Shown here: in pieces, positions 30,217 through 40,500 of the stretch
Layout: each line of letters opens with the position of its first letter
Position numbering within the stretch: the stretch's first letter is position 1
NCBI GenBank assembly: GCA_963662665.2
Contig: CAXXJS010000061.1
Span: forward strand, 160,001 to 224,000
Source of the DNA: Candidatus Latescibacterota bacterium
GTDB lineage: Bacteria > Latescibacterota > UBA2968 > GCA-2709665
Length of the DNA: 64,000 bases
Direction of reading: 5' to 3'
Notes under the pieces: model-generated
What the model saw: only the letters and a program-made list of their open reading frames with translations
What the model was told of the DNA's origin: nothing
The model's database searches: none
Translations under genes and position numbers: made by a program

Positions 30217-30876
30217 TTAAAGCAACCCCTTTTGACGCTTGGACTCGATCAGATCGTCCACGAATCCCGGTCCGCAGAAGCCCTCCAGCCCGCCCCCAGG
30301 GAAGCGTGTCGCCCATTCGTACAGGGCTCGAATTCGCTCTTCATCGGATTCAGCAACCGGCGGTTCCGCGCGGACGGCATCCAGCTGCTCGATGACCGCG
30401 TCGGCAATTCTGGCGTACAGTCGCTCTGTGCACTCGCTCACGCCGGCGGCGCCGTCACGCGCTTCCTGGTACCATGCCATCGCGTTGAACCCGAGCATTT
30501 TGACGCGAGGGTAGAAGGAGCACATCAGGTTCCAGTCGTCGCCGTCCTTGTCCTGGTCGCCGGAGGAACGAAAGTCGGAGCGCAGAATCACCGACGGGAT
30601 ATCCAGGAGCTTGGCCACCATGAATTCCACGACGGTGCCAGAATCCAGGTCCGTCCCGTCGAAGTTGAACAGTCCCAGGTCGCACGCCATCACCTGCTTC
30701 AGGTCCTGATTCCGTATGTCCACCGCCCGTCCGGTTGCCTGTTCAAGGTGCTGCGGCACGACGCAGGCGTACCGGCCGTTTGAGTAGCGTTCGATGGCTT
30801 CAGCCAGGATGGCGTTGCCGATAAGGTGCTTGTGGTCGAAGAGTTCACCCGCGAAATAGACGCTGTACGTGGTCAC
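30217..30876 (-). CDS. Nucleoside 2-deoxyribosyltransferase family protein
   Basis: YFAGELF, PQ, DL and DSGTVVE motifs. Confidence 0.85.
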   Translation of the reverse strand: MTTYSVYFAGELFDHKHLIGNAILAEAIERYSNGRYACVVPQHLEQATGRAVDIRNQDLKQVMACDLGLFNFDGTDLDSGTVVEFMVAKLLDIPSVILRSDFRSSGDQDKDGDDWNLMCSFYPRVKMLGFNAMAWYQEARDGAAGVSECTERLYARIADAVIEQLDAVRAEPPVAESDEERIRALYEWATRFPGGGLEGFCGPGFVDDLIESKRQKGLL

Positions 30877-30921
30877 GCCGCGGTTCCTCCCGTTAACGGC
30901 TGTCCTGCCGATTGCGCGTAT

Positions 30922-31773
30922 TCAGAGTCCATATCGCAGGGTAACGCGAAGCCCGTGACTGGACAGATTCGCTTCAGTCTCCGCCAGATCGAGTTCCAGC
31001 GGCTCGCGGCTTCCGTCCCGCCAGACAATTCGACCCGTGGTCCGTCCGGTTTCCACGGCGCCGGCGTCCATGTACTGCCAACCGACGTCGACCGTTACCT
31101 TTTCCCGGAGCCGCGCCGCAGCGCCGGCGGTCAACAGGAACGCGAATCCAGTCCGGCTCGCGCCGGGCACGACGGTTGTCGTCCTGGGGAATTCCATGCG
31201 GGTCTCGCCGATGGAGTTGCGCGCCAGACCGCCCCCGCACCCGAGGAACGGGCTGAACGGCCCCCGTCCGGGGAGGTCCGCGTAGACGCTGAGAAGTGTG
31301 GAAAGAGCGGATACATCGGCCGAGACGTCCTGACGTCCGGAGGTCTGCACAAAGTTGGCGCGGCCGTTAAAGGAGAACGGCGGGCGATATTGAACGGTGG
31401 CCTCAACGCGGAAGCGCTCTCTCGCAACGTAGCCCGCGCCCACTTCGAAGCCGGGCGCCCTGGCGAATTCGCCCGAGGCGCTCAGGGCGGCGGCGTCCAC
31501 GCCCGTCCCGCATCCATACAGGGCCGCCGGCGTCTCGCTGGAGCAGTTCCTGTCCTTGAACCGCGACGTTGCCCGCAGGTCCAGACCAGCCCCGCCGAGA
31601 ATATAGAAATCCCCCCGAGCGAAGGACGCCGCGCGGACCCTCGCAGGCGCGGTTTCAGATTTCGGGCTGGACGTCTGTGCATTTAGAACAGTCGTATGGG
31701 TGGCGGCCAGAACCAATATCGTTCCGAACACCAATCTACGGAAACCGAACTTGGAGTCATTTCGATTCGTCAT
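30922..31773 (-). CDS. Outer-membrane beta-barrel protein (opacity-like)
   Basis: Signal peptide, FRVE, FSPFLGCGGG, DVGWQYMDAG, terminal LRYGL. Confidence 0.8.
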   Translation of the reverse strand: MTNRNDSKFGFRRLVFGTILVLAATHTTVLNAQTSSPKSETAPARVRAASFARGDFYILGGAGLDLRATSRFKDRNCSSETPAALYGCGTGVDAAALSASGEFARAPGFEVGAGYVARERFRVEATVQYRPPFSFNGRANFVQTSGRQDVSADVSALSTLLSVYADLPGRGPFSPFLGCGGGLARNSIGETRMEFPRTTTVVPGASRTGFAFLLTAGAAARLREKVTVDVGWQYMDAGAVETGRTTGRIVWRDGSREPLELDLAETEANLSSHGLRVTLRYGL

Positions 31774-32230
31774 TAATTGGCGACAGTTTCTTGTCAGGAT
31801 GGTCTGTGCATGTTACAGGATTCGGCACATTAATCGCGATGGCAAGGGCGTCGACGTTCAGGAAAGACAAACCCTTGAACTCGTGCCGATGAAAATACGG
31901 AAGCACGGGTTCCGGATTCAGTTTGTGGCCGTCTACCCGAAGTGTCGTGAAAGGTCACTCTGCAATAGTCTTTTCCCGATTACGTTGGATACATTGGTAG
32001 TCGACGAACGATGTGACGATATAGTGAGATTCGAGCAAATGAAACGTATCCAACATGGTTCTGTCTAACGGGCCGTTTCCTCCGTCACTGCGGTCGTGAG
32101 GACGGCCGCGAAAAACCGGTGTCAGCAACGATCGGACTTCGGCGAAAGACCGCGCCACAACAAGAGCACAGAGGGGAATGCCATTAACCGAGTGGTGATC
32201 TCTCGTCACTGATCACACTGTTGCGCCGTT

Positions 32231-33493
32231 CTACTTCTTGCCTTTACCGGCGTCGTCGCCCGGCCTTTCTGTCCGGGTCGTTGTCCCTTGTTCCCGGTTT
32301 TTGACCTTCAGATCGGCTCGCATGCTCGGAGCCCCGAACTTAATCTCCGCGTGCAAGTTTAACACCTGCCGTGTGCGGTAGATTTCCGCCGCTAAGATCG
32401 CCTCGTCCGGCAGAGTCGTTTTGTATTCGGCAGCCATCACCTGATTCGGCAATCCGTCGAGCGCGTACCGGGCAACGGCCTCATCCTTCTGCGAACACAG
32501 GATCAGCCCGACCGGCGGATTTTCATCTTCGTGCATCCAGTGTTCGCGGGCGTAGTTGAGATAGAGGTGCATCTGCCCGGCATCGGCATGGGTGAATTTG
32601 CCTACCTTCAGGTCAATGACCACCAGGCAGCGCAGACGCCGGTGGAAGAATAGCAGATCTACCCGATACCACTCATCGCCGACGCGAAGCCGTCTCTGCC
32701 GACCCATGAAGCAGAAATCCCTGCCTAGCTCCAAGAGGAAAGCCTCCAGGTGGGCAATTAGCGCGTCTTCAAGGTCGTTCTCCGAGTACTCGTCCTTGAG
32801 ATCGAGGAATTCGAGGACGAATGGATCCTTGATTTCCTCTTCGGGTAGGACGCGGTCTTCGAGTCGCGCCTGCCGTCCCCTGGTGAGCACGGTGGCCTTG
32901 TTCTTTGAAAGTGCAGTGCGCTCGTAGAACTGAGAGTTGATCTGCCGGTTGAGTTGGCGAACCGACCAACCTCCGCTCAGTGCCTCGGTCTCGTAGAATT
33001 CACGGGCCCGTGTGTTCTTGATCGATAGCAGTCTGACGTAGGCGGACCAGGGAAGTGGAAAAGCCTTAAGGAGTTGCCCCAAGCGAACTTGAGTGGAAGT
33101 CGTATCGGAATTGCCAGACACAGTCTGGCAAATCGCTTGTTGACGAAGTTGATCAGATTCGCCAGACAGCGTCTGTTGAATTTGCTCGGATGGATACGAG
33201 AGGTAGAATCGGCGCATCTGTTGGATATTCTGACGCGAAAATCCGCGCCCAAACCGTTGCGTCAGATCCGCCGCCAGTCGTTCAAGGAGCGCGGTGCCGT
33301 ATTCAGCGCGTTTTTCTCCTGATTGTTCAAACTCAACTATACGACGGCCGATCATCCAATACGCGGCAGTCATGACGGCATTCACCGAACGGGCGGCCGA
33401 ACGCCTGGCGGCGTCGACAATTCTCGACACATCGCCAAATATGGCTTTGTACCCGGCATCCGACTTTTCGTCTGTCGGTATCGGCTCTTTCAC
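32231..33493 (-). CDS. yhcG: YhcG/DUF1016 PD-(D/E)XK nuclease
   Basis: YWMIG, LPWSAY, KDPFVLEFL, DLLFFHRRLRC, IDLK, GQMHLYL. Confidence 0.92.
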   Translation of the reverse strand: MKEPIPTDEKSDAGYKAIFGDVSRIVDAARRSAARSVNAVMTAAYWMIGRRIVEFEQSGEKRAEYGTALLERLAADLTQRFGRGFSRQNIQQMRRFYLSYPSEQIQQTLSGESDQLRQQAICQTVSGNSDTTSTQVRLGQLLKAFPLPWSAYVRLLSIKNTRAREFYETEALSGGWSVRQLNRQINSQFYERTALSKNKATVLTRGRQARLEDRVLPEEEIKDPFVLEFLDLKDEYSENDLEDALIAHLEAFLLELGRDFCFMGRQRRLRVGDEWYRVDLLFFHRRLRCLVVIDLKVGKFTHADAGQMHLYLNYAREHWMHEDENPPVGLILCSQKDEAVARYALDGLPNQVMAAEYKTTLPDEAILAAEIYRTRQVLNLHAEIKFGAPSMRADLKVKNREQGTTTRTERPGDDAGKGKK

Positions 33494-33547
33494 GATCTAC
33501 TCTTCTCCCCTAAGGGGTTTCGGCGAGGGGATTGCATTCTGGACTAT

Positions 33548-33941
33548 TCATTCTAAGCGTTCCCTGGCCCAGCGGAGAACGGCTTCGGCGATGGCAATCG
33601 CTTCCAGTGTCATGCTGTTTGGTGACTGCCTGGTCCGTGGGGCATTGAGTAACGGTCGCAAATCGAGAGAGCTTTTCGGCCTGTTCGACGAAGTCCGGAT
33701 TCGTCCCGTCTGTTTCCGTGAGCAGGGAAAGCAATCGGGCCAAATCATGCACGTATGGGAAGTCGATGCCGCGCTTGATCATCACCGCCTTGATGGCCTT
33801 CTCGGCTGCCTGCTGGACCTGGAAGCACAGGTCTTCCAGATATGCGTCAGGAACACAGTTTTTCGCCATCGCCAGATTGCTTCTTGCGCGATTCATCCAC
33901 TCTCGCGGATCATCCGGGGGGAAGCGCTCAGGTGGACTCAT
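33548..33941 (-). pseudogene. Frameshifted HEPN toxin
   Basis: QQAAEKAIKA and HDLARL present; RYP replaced by QCP; the C-terminal helix EAIAIAEAVLRWA lies in another frame. Confidence 0.8.
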
Positions 33942-34254
33942 ATACCACCCTCCCTTCACGCAGCGCAGGCTTGAACACCAGCGCGTGACTGTCCCTGAAA
34001 CGCTCCACATCCGCGGGGTCGGCCACGATCGCATCGACCGCGGCACCAACCCCATGCAGCTTGCGGTAGATCTGGCCCATCAGATCGAGCGCGTCCGCTC
34101 CCTCCGTGATGATAAGCAAATCGACGTCGCTGTGGCGGTTCATGTCGCCCCGGGCGGCGGACCCGAAGAGGATGATCTTCTCGGGCTCGGCCACCTCCAC
34201 AACGCGCTGGATGATGTCGTCCAGGATCGTCTGGTCCAGCATCCTCTTGTTCAT
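33928..34254 (-). CDS. MNT antitoxin
   Basis: IILFGSAARG...SDVDLLII. Confidence 0.9.
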   Translation of the reverse strand: MNKRMLDQTILDDIIQRVVEVAEPEKIILFGSAARGDMNRHSDVDLLIITEGADALDLMGQIYRKLHGVGAAVDAIVADPADVERFRDSHALVFKPALREGRVVYEST

Positions 34255-34297
34255 GGCCTCTCTCCGACTTCGCCGAAACGCTTGCATTCGCGGGCGA

Positions 34298-35536
34298 TCA
34301 CGAGGGCTTCGCTTCCTTCCAGAGGCGCACGATAAAGCGATGTTCCTCTTCAATCAACTCCGGCTCGGTGCCATTGTGGGACAACATGCCGGGAATGATC
34401 TTGTTCCGAATGCCCATTCCACGTGCGTCCACGTAGCCGTAATCGCGCATCACATTGACCAAGGTCTGATTGCGTGCGTAGCGCATCCCCAATCGCATCC
34501 CTTCTGGCGTCACAGTGTTGGGCAGGCGGCCGGGACTGACGACTTCAAGGCGATCGGAGAAGATGACGAGCATGACGTCGGTCCCCACGATGCTGTAATC
34601 GCGGTGTACGAGGGCGTTGACCACGGCCTCGCGCACTGCTTCTTCGGGAAACTCCCAGCGGTCGATTCGTCTTGCCCCTTCCAGATAAGCGGAAGGCGTT
34701 GTATTGCGTCGCACGAAATCCCAAGCCTTGTCCACAAGCCCCCGCTTGACGAGTTCCCCATCCTCGGGGTCGCAGAGTGGCGCCATGGGGCCTGTGAGAT
34801 CCTCGTCCGCGCGGGTAGCATAATCCGGCTCCGCGCCTGGGTAGCAGATAGCTCGAATGCCCGACTGAGGAAGAAACCGCTTTGGATCCTTTCCAAACAG
34901 GAGCATTCCGTCAACGGTCGCGGCCATCCGACCCGCTGACAGCGTTGCAAGTTCCAGGTTCTGCAGAAGCCTCTGCCACTGATCGACGTCGTTAGTGGGA
35001 GGAACGCTGCTGCCCAGAACGCGGCTGAAATAATCTCGCAGATGGCGCTGGTCGAGCGAGTCGATCCCGGTGCCGAGGACGGGCTTTAGTCCATAGCGGA
35101 ATTGTCCTCCCTGCAGGTAGAGCCGTTCCTCTTCCTCGCGGCCCGCGGCGCGCGAAGTCGTTCCGACGCGCACCTGAGTAATCCAATGTCCTCCGCGCCT
35201 GGCCTTGTACGGCTTATCCGGCGCATCCCTCGGAAGAGATATAACGCCGACGATTTTCCCGTTTCCCCAATCTACGGTCTCCCAATACGGAATCGCCGCC
35301 GGCAGGACGTGAGTACGTGCCGTTTCCATAACCCACTCTTCCACCCGACGCGGCTCCCGGATGAGACCGGTAACCGAGCCATCGTCCTCGACGCCAAGAA
35401 GAATGCGCCCACCTTCCAGATTGAGTAGAGCTGCAATTTCCGTAGCGAGTTGTTCCGGGCGTACTTCGGCGCGCTTGAACTCCACGCCGGAGTTTTCACC
35501 ATTGCGGATCAATTCGATCACATCGGCTTTGTTCAT
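34298..35536 (-). CDS. Schlafen/AlbA_2 domain fused to a HATPase_c_4 (RecG-C-like) domain
   Basis: GENSGVEFK, NLEGGRILLGVED, REAVVNALVHRDY, SPG, RN and G.GI motifs; no C-terminal wHTH. Confidence 0.88.
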   Translation of the reverse strand: MNKADVIELIRNGENSGVEFKRAEVRPEQLATEIAALLNLEGGRILLGVEDDGSVTGLIREPRRVEEWVMETARTHVLPAAIPYWETVDWGNGKIVGVISLPRDAPDKPYKARRGGHWITQVRVGTTSRAAGREEEERLYLQGGQFRYGLKPVLGTGIDSLDQRHLRDYFSRVLGSSVPPTNDVDQWQRLLQNLELATLSAGRMAATVDGMLLFGKDPKRFLPQSGIRAICYPGAEPDYATRADEDLTGPMAPLCDPEDGELVKRGLVDKAWDFVRRNTTPSAYLEGARRIDRWEFPEEAVREAVVNALVHRDYSIVGTDVMLVIFSDRLEVVSPGRLPNTVTPEGMRLGMRYARNQTLVNVMRDYGYVDARGMGIRNKIIPGMLSHNGTEPELIEEEHRFIVRLWKEAKPS

Positions 35537-35790
35537 GGCGCCTCAGAAACCGTCGACCCGGGTGGGTCGCGCATGGGGTCGCGCGGCGGTATTTCCAGTT
35601 CCACGCCGCCCAGTGGTGCAAACCGAGCCCGTATGGCGCGGGACAGGTTGTCGGGAGATCCGTGCTCGTTTAGCGCCGTGCGCAGAATCGTCCGTGCTTC
35701 CTCCTCCATGGAGTGGCCGTGCCCGGCCGCCTGGATGCGCAGGCGCCGCTTCAGGTCATCGCCGAGATTGCGAATCTTAAATCTGGCCAT
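35533..35790 (-). CDS. FitA/StbC-like ribbon-helix-helix antitoxin
   Basis: IRNLGDDLKRRLRIQAAGHGHSMEEEARTIL...GGVELEIPPR. Confidence 0.88.
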   Translation of the reverse strand: MARFKIRNLGDDLKRRLRIQAAGHGHSMEEEARTILRTALNEHGSPDNLSRAIRARFAPLGGVELEIPPRDPMRDPPGSTVSEAP

Positions 35791-36204
35791 TTTTTTCCAA
35801 TGCAAATTGCTATCAAGAGTGGTATACCATTGCGACTATTCGACCCCATGGCGCCTACTGTGTGTGCCGTATTCGTACTCAGAATTGGTTCTCCGTGCCC
35901 GTGCTTTCTAATATAAGAAAAATCCAAAGTTATGAGAGCAGGAATTATATAGATGGAAGTGCCCTGTCATTCGGAGTCGGCGAAATTGGATTGCGTCGAA
36001 TGCCCGGAGACAGGCGGCAAGGCTTGTATTTCACCCCATGAAACACTATACTGGACAGCGTGCTCGTCGGATCGACAGGACGGCTATTCGTTTCGAGTCT
36101 GGTGAGGATTCCAGATCCTGATCAGGTGGACGGTTCGATCGCGGTATCTGTGGCGACGCGACGGCGGTTTACGGGTGCCAGCAATGGCAACAGCGGGCGT
36201 GACT

Positions 36205-36786
36205 ATGGAAGTTTCCACGTTAGAAATAGCCACCTTTGCTGTCGTCGTTATGGTTGCGGTGATCGTGATTGTCTACGTGATGAAGCACCAGATGCGCCGA
36301 TGCCGTTGGTGTATGCGATCGACGGCGCCGGTCGAACTTCTGTCGGAGGACGAAGGAGAGGAAGTACGGCGGCTGATACGGGAAGAGGGAATGCCCGGGG
36401 AGCCGGAGAAGTACGAGGTCTGTCCGAAGTGCAAACGGATATACGACTCGCGCTGGCTAAGCGGCGATCGACCGCACCGGCGGGACTGGGAAAGGTACGA
36501 TCGCCGGTGCGCCTGTGGCTGCGACCTGTCGCGACCCGCGTGGATCGTCGATACCGACGCCCTGAAATCCGCGTTGCGTGGAATCCCCCCGGAAATCATG
36601 GCGCATATCGAACGAAAGTACGGGAGGGAGGGGCTGCACGAACGTCTTTACTCGTCCGTGTCCAACGACCATATCCTGTTTGTCTGCAGAAACTGTTTCC
36701 GGATCTATATGTGGTTGCCCGTGAAGGGCTTTCAGGTATTCCAGGTTGTATCGGGCGGCATGGACAAGTACGATCGACCGTCCTGA
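36205..36786 (+). CDS. Membrane-anchored Cys-rich hypothetical protein, paralog 1
   Basis: N-terminal TM helix; CRWC, CPKC, CACG and CRNC motifs; start may be 36184. Confidence 0.8.
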   Translation: MEVSTLEIATFAVVVMVAVIVIVYVMKHQMRRCRWCMRSTAPVELLSEDEGEEVRRLIREEGMPGEPEKYEVCPKCKRIYDSRWLSGDRPHRRDWERYDRRCACGCDLSRPAWIVDTDALKSALRGIPPEIMAHIERKYGREGLHERLYSSVSNDHILFVCRNCFRIYMWLPVKGFQVFQVVSGGMDKYDRPS

Positions 36787-36867
36787 TACCGCGTCACGTA
36801 TTCGATCAAGACGTAATCAGGCGATTTCTCTGCCGCGCGCCCGTGGGATCGGGCGGGAGTCATACCG

Positions 36868-37461
36868 ATGGGAAACGGGCACCTGATTTTCTCGGCAATA
36901 TTCGTCGCCGGGTTTATCGTGTTATTGGTCTTTCTTCGAAGGAAGTCTCGACGATGCCGGTGGTGCCGGACGCCCACGGTAAAGCTGGACGCATTGCCGG
37001 AACGGGAGCGCAGCCGGATCGAAAAGCTTGTCCGGGAAGAGGGAATGGATCCTTCAGAATCGTATGAGTTCTGCATGACTTGCCGTCGGATCTTTGACCA
37101 GTGGTGGTTTCATAGGGACTGGGATATGCGCGACCGGTGGTGCGCGTGCGGGTCCAGTCTGAAGTTCCCCTGGGACGTGGACACCAATCGACTGCGTCAG
37201 GCTGCGGCCGATCTTCCGCGTGAGGTTATCGGGTTGCTTCTCGACCGAAGTTCCAGGGAGGACATTGCGCGCCTGCTGGGCGGTTACGACGACATCATGT
37301 ACCGCGAAGAGAAGCGTCCGGGCGGCCACGCCCTGAAGGTCTGCGACACCTGCCACAGGATGTATATGTGGATTGAAGTCAATGGTTATCTGGTCTTTCA
37401 ATGCGTTTCGGCCGGCCGCGACAAGTACGACAGGGACCTGAAGCCTTCGTACGACTCGTGA
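36868..37461 (+). CDS. Membrane-anchored Cys-rich hypothetical protein, paralog 2
   Basis: TM helix; CRWC, CMTC, CACG and CDTC motifs; aligns end to end with paralog 1. Confidence 0.8.
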   Translation: MGNGHLIFSAIFVAGFIVLLVFLRRKSRRCRWCRTPTVKLDALPERERSRIEKLVREEGMDPSESYEFCMTCRRIFDQWWFHRDWDMRDRWCACGSSLKFPWDVDTNRLRQAAADLPREVIGLLLDRSSREDIARLLGGYDDIMYREEKRPGGHALKVCDTCHRMYMWIEVNGYLVFQCVSAGRDKYDRDLKPSYDS

Positions 37462-37586
37462 AGTCAGGCGTCGACGCCCGATCTTGCGGCATCCACGAAT
37501 TTTCGTTCATTGGGTCTTTACCCTGCTCATCCTGTCCATCCATGTAAATTTAGTTTTTGTGAATTATTCGGGTTAGAGAGACCGCG

Positions 37587-40500
37587 ATGCGATTTGTGGC
37601 GGACGTACATCTGCACTCCCGGTTTTCCAGGGCGACCAGCCGTCAACTGAACCCGGAGAATCTCTATAAGTGGTCCGCGCTCAAGGGCGTGAACGTGGTG
37701 GGGACGGGCGATTTCACCCATCCCGAGTGGATCGGGGAATTGAAAGACCGACTGGAGCCCGCGGAGGAGGGGCTTTTCCGGCTCAAGCCGGCCCTGCGGG
37801 CCGCGGTAGACAAAGACCTGCCGGAGCGGTGCCGGGGTACGGTGCGTTTCGTCCTGTCCACCGAGATCAGCTTGATCTACAAGAAGAACGACAGGACACG
37901 CAAGGTACATCATGTTATTCTGATGCCCGGCTTCGAAGCGGTGGAGCGGTTGAACGCCCGGTTGGGGGACATCGGAAACCTGAAGTCGGACGGGCGGCCC
38001 ATTCTGGGCCTGGACAGCCGGGATCTCGTGGAGATCTGCCTCGAAGCCGCCGAAGACGTGCTGTTTATTCCCGCGCATATCTGGACGCCCCATTTCGCGG
38101 TGCTGGGCGCGAGTTCGGGGTTCGATACGCTCGAGGAGTGTTTCGAGGACATGCTGCCCGCGATCTTCGCCGTGGAGACGGGTCTCTCGTCCGATCCGCC
38201 GATGAACTGGCGCCTGTCCATGCTGGACCGGTATGCGATCGTATCCAACTCGGACGCGCATTCCCCGCAGAACCTGGCGCGGGAGGCCACCTGTTTCGAT
38301 ACCGAATTGTCGTACTGCGGCATTTACGATGCGCTGAAATCGAGACACCCCGAACGGTTTCTGGGGACGCTGGAATTCTATCCCGAAGAAGGCAAGTATC
38401 ACCTCGACGGCCACCGCAAATGCGGCATCTGCTGGGAGCCGGGCCAGTCGCTTGCCGCGGATTGCCTCTGCCCGGAATGCGGCAAGCGGCTGACAGTGGG
38501 CGTCCTGCACCGCGTGGAGCAACTGGCCGACAGGGAGGAGGGCGGCAGGCCGGCAGTGGCGCCGCCGTTTGAGAATCTGATTCCGCTCCGGGAAGTCATC
38601 GGTTCCGTATTGGGGGTGGGTCCAACCAGCAAGCGGGTACAGGCTGTGTACGAACGGATGCTGGCGGAATTGGGACCTGAACTGGTTATTTTGAGAGACG
38701 CGTCCCCCGAGGCGATCGCCGGATGCGGCGAACCGCTGGTGGCGGAGGGTGTGCGTCGTATGCGGGCCGGGGAGGTGGTGATTGCGGCGGGTTACGATGG
38801 TGTTTACGGAAGGATCCAGGTGTTCTCGGAGGAAGACCGGGCCCGGTTGAGCCGGCAGCCCGCGTTGTTCGATCTGCCGGAAAAACCGGAAGCGGCGCCG
38901 CCGGCGTCATCGTTCGAAACGACGTCAGCGCGCGAAGGCACGTCAGTTGGGAACGGTGAAACGCCGGGGGGCGAGGATACGGGCGACGGCGGATTGGACG
39001 ACGCGCAAAGGGCGGCTGTAAACAGGGAAAGCGGGCCTGCCATCGTGGTGGCCGGCCCCGGCACGGGCAAGACGCGGGTGTTGACCCACCGGTTGGCGCG
39101 GCTCATAGGTGAGGCAGGCGTGCCGCCGGAATCGATCCTGGCAGTCACGTTTACGAATAAGGCAGCGGCGGAAATGCGGGAACGCGTTCACACGCTGTTG
39201 CCGGAAGAAGGGACGCTGGGTGGGTTGACGCTGGGCACGTTCCACGCCGTGGCGCTGAATTTGATGAAGCCCTGCGTGTCCGGGGAGATGCCTCAGGTCA
39301 TCGACGAGGCGGAGGCGATACAGCTGGTGTCCGAGGTCATCGGGTATACTGAACTCGACATGTCCGTGCGGGATGCACGGTTGGCGGTCTCATTTGCGAA
39401 GACCAACCCCGATGCCGAGATGACGGAGGCGTTGCGCGGCGTTGGTGAAGCGTATCAGGACCGGCTGCGTAAACTGGGCGTGTGGGATTTCGACGACATT
39501 CTCCTGGAATTCCTGGCGATGCTGCGCAAAGGCGATGAGGCGTCCGAGCGGCTTCTCAACAGGTTTGCACACGTCCTTGTGGACGAGTTTCAGGACGTGA
39601 ACGCGGTGCAGTACAGGCTGGTGGCCGAGCTTTCCCGCGACGGCGCCGGTCTGTTCGTGATCGGCGATCCGGACCAGGCCATCTACGGATTTCGCGGCGC
39701 GAGTCCGGCGTACTTTCAAAAGCTCCGGGAAGATCTGCCGTCTGCGCGGACGATTGTGCTGGATCGGTCATATCGCTCCACGCCCCAGGTCACGGGAGCG
39801 GCCGTCTCCGTGATTGGGGAGGGTCGTCAGTTGAATGCCGTCCGGGGGGAGGGAGTTACGGCTCGACTGGTATCCGTGTCGGGCGAAACGGCTGAAGGTA
39901 TCGCGGTGGTCCGGGAGATCAGCCGGATGATGGGCGGCGCCGATATGCTTCAGGCCGGCGAGGTCGGCGGTCGACAGACTGTGGCAGAAGGATGCGACCG
40001 GAGCCTTTCGGATTTTGCCGTGTTGTTCAGGACCGGCCGGCAGGCGGAGGCGATAGAACGTTGTTTTATTGAAGAAGGATTGCCGTACCGGGTGGTTGGC
40101 CAGAAGGGCATTCTTTCAGCCGGGACCGTTCGGCACGCGCTCTCCTTTTTCAATTTCGCCTTTCGCCCGGCGGGATCTCTGCGTCTGCTGCGTGCGCTGG
40201 CGGTTCCCGTCTTCCATCCTGGAAACGCAGCGCTCAACCGGCTCCGGCTTGCGGGCGGTGACCCGTCGGACGGCAATCTGCCTTTGCCCGCCCGCGAGAA
40301 AGTCTCGGCACTGGAGGATGCCGCCGGGACATTCAGAAAAATGGCGGAGACGGAATCCGTCGAGTCGCTGGTGAGGACATGGCAGGAAGTAGCTGGGGCG
40401 GAAGAGGATGAGGATCTCGCACGCCTTGCTCGGATGGCGGTCAACTTCGATTCGGTCCGCACGTTTCTCGATACTCTGGTACTGGGCGCCGACGCCGACT

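Noticed and set aside
31780-32210. Short ORFs in a lower-GC intergenic stretch
   Set aside because: No recognisable motif; possibly a decayed gene, but unsupported.
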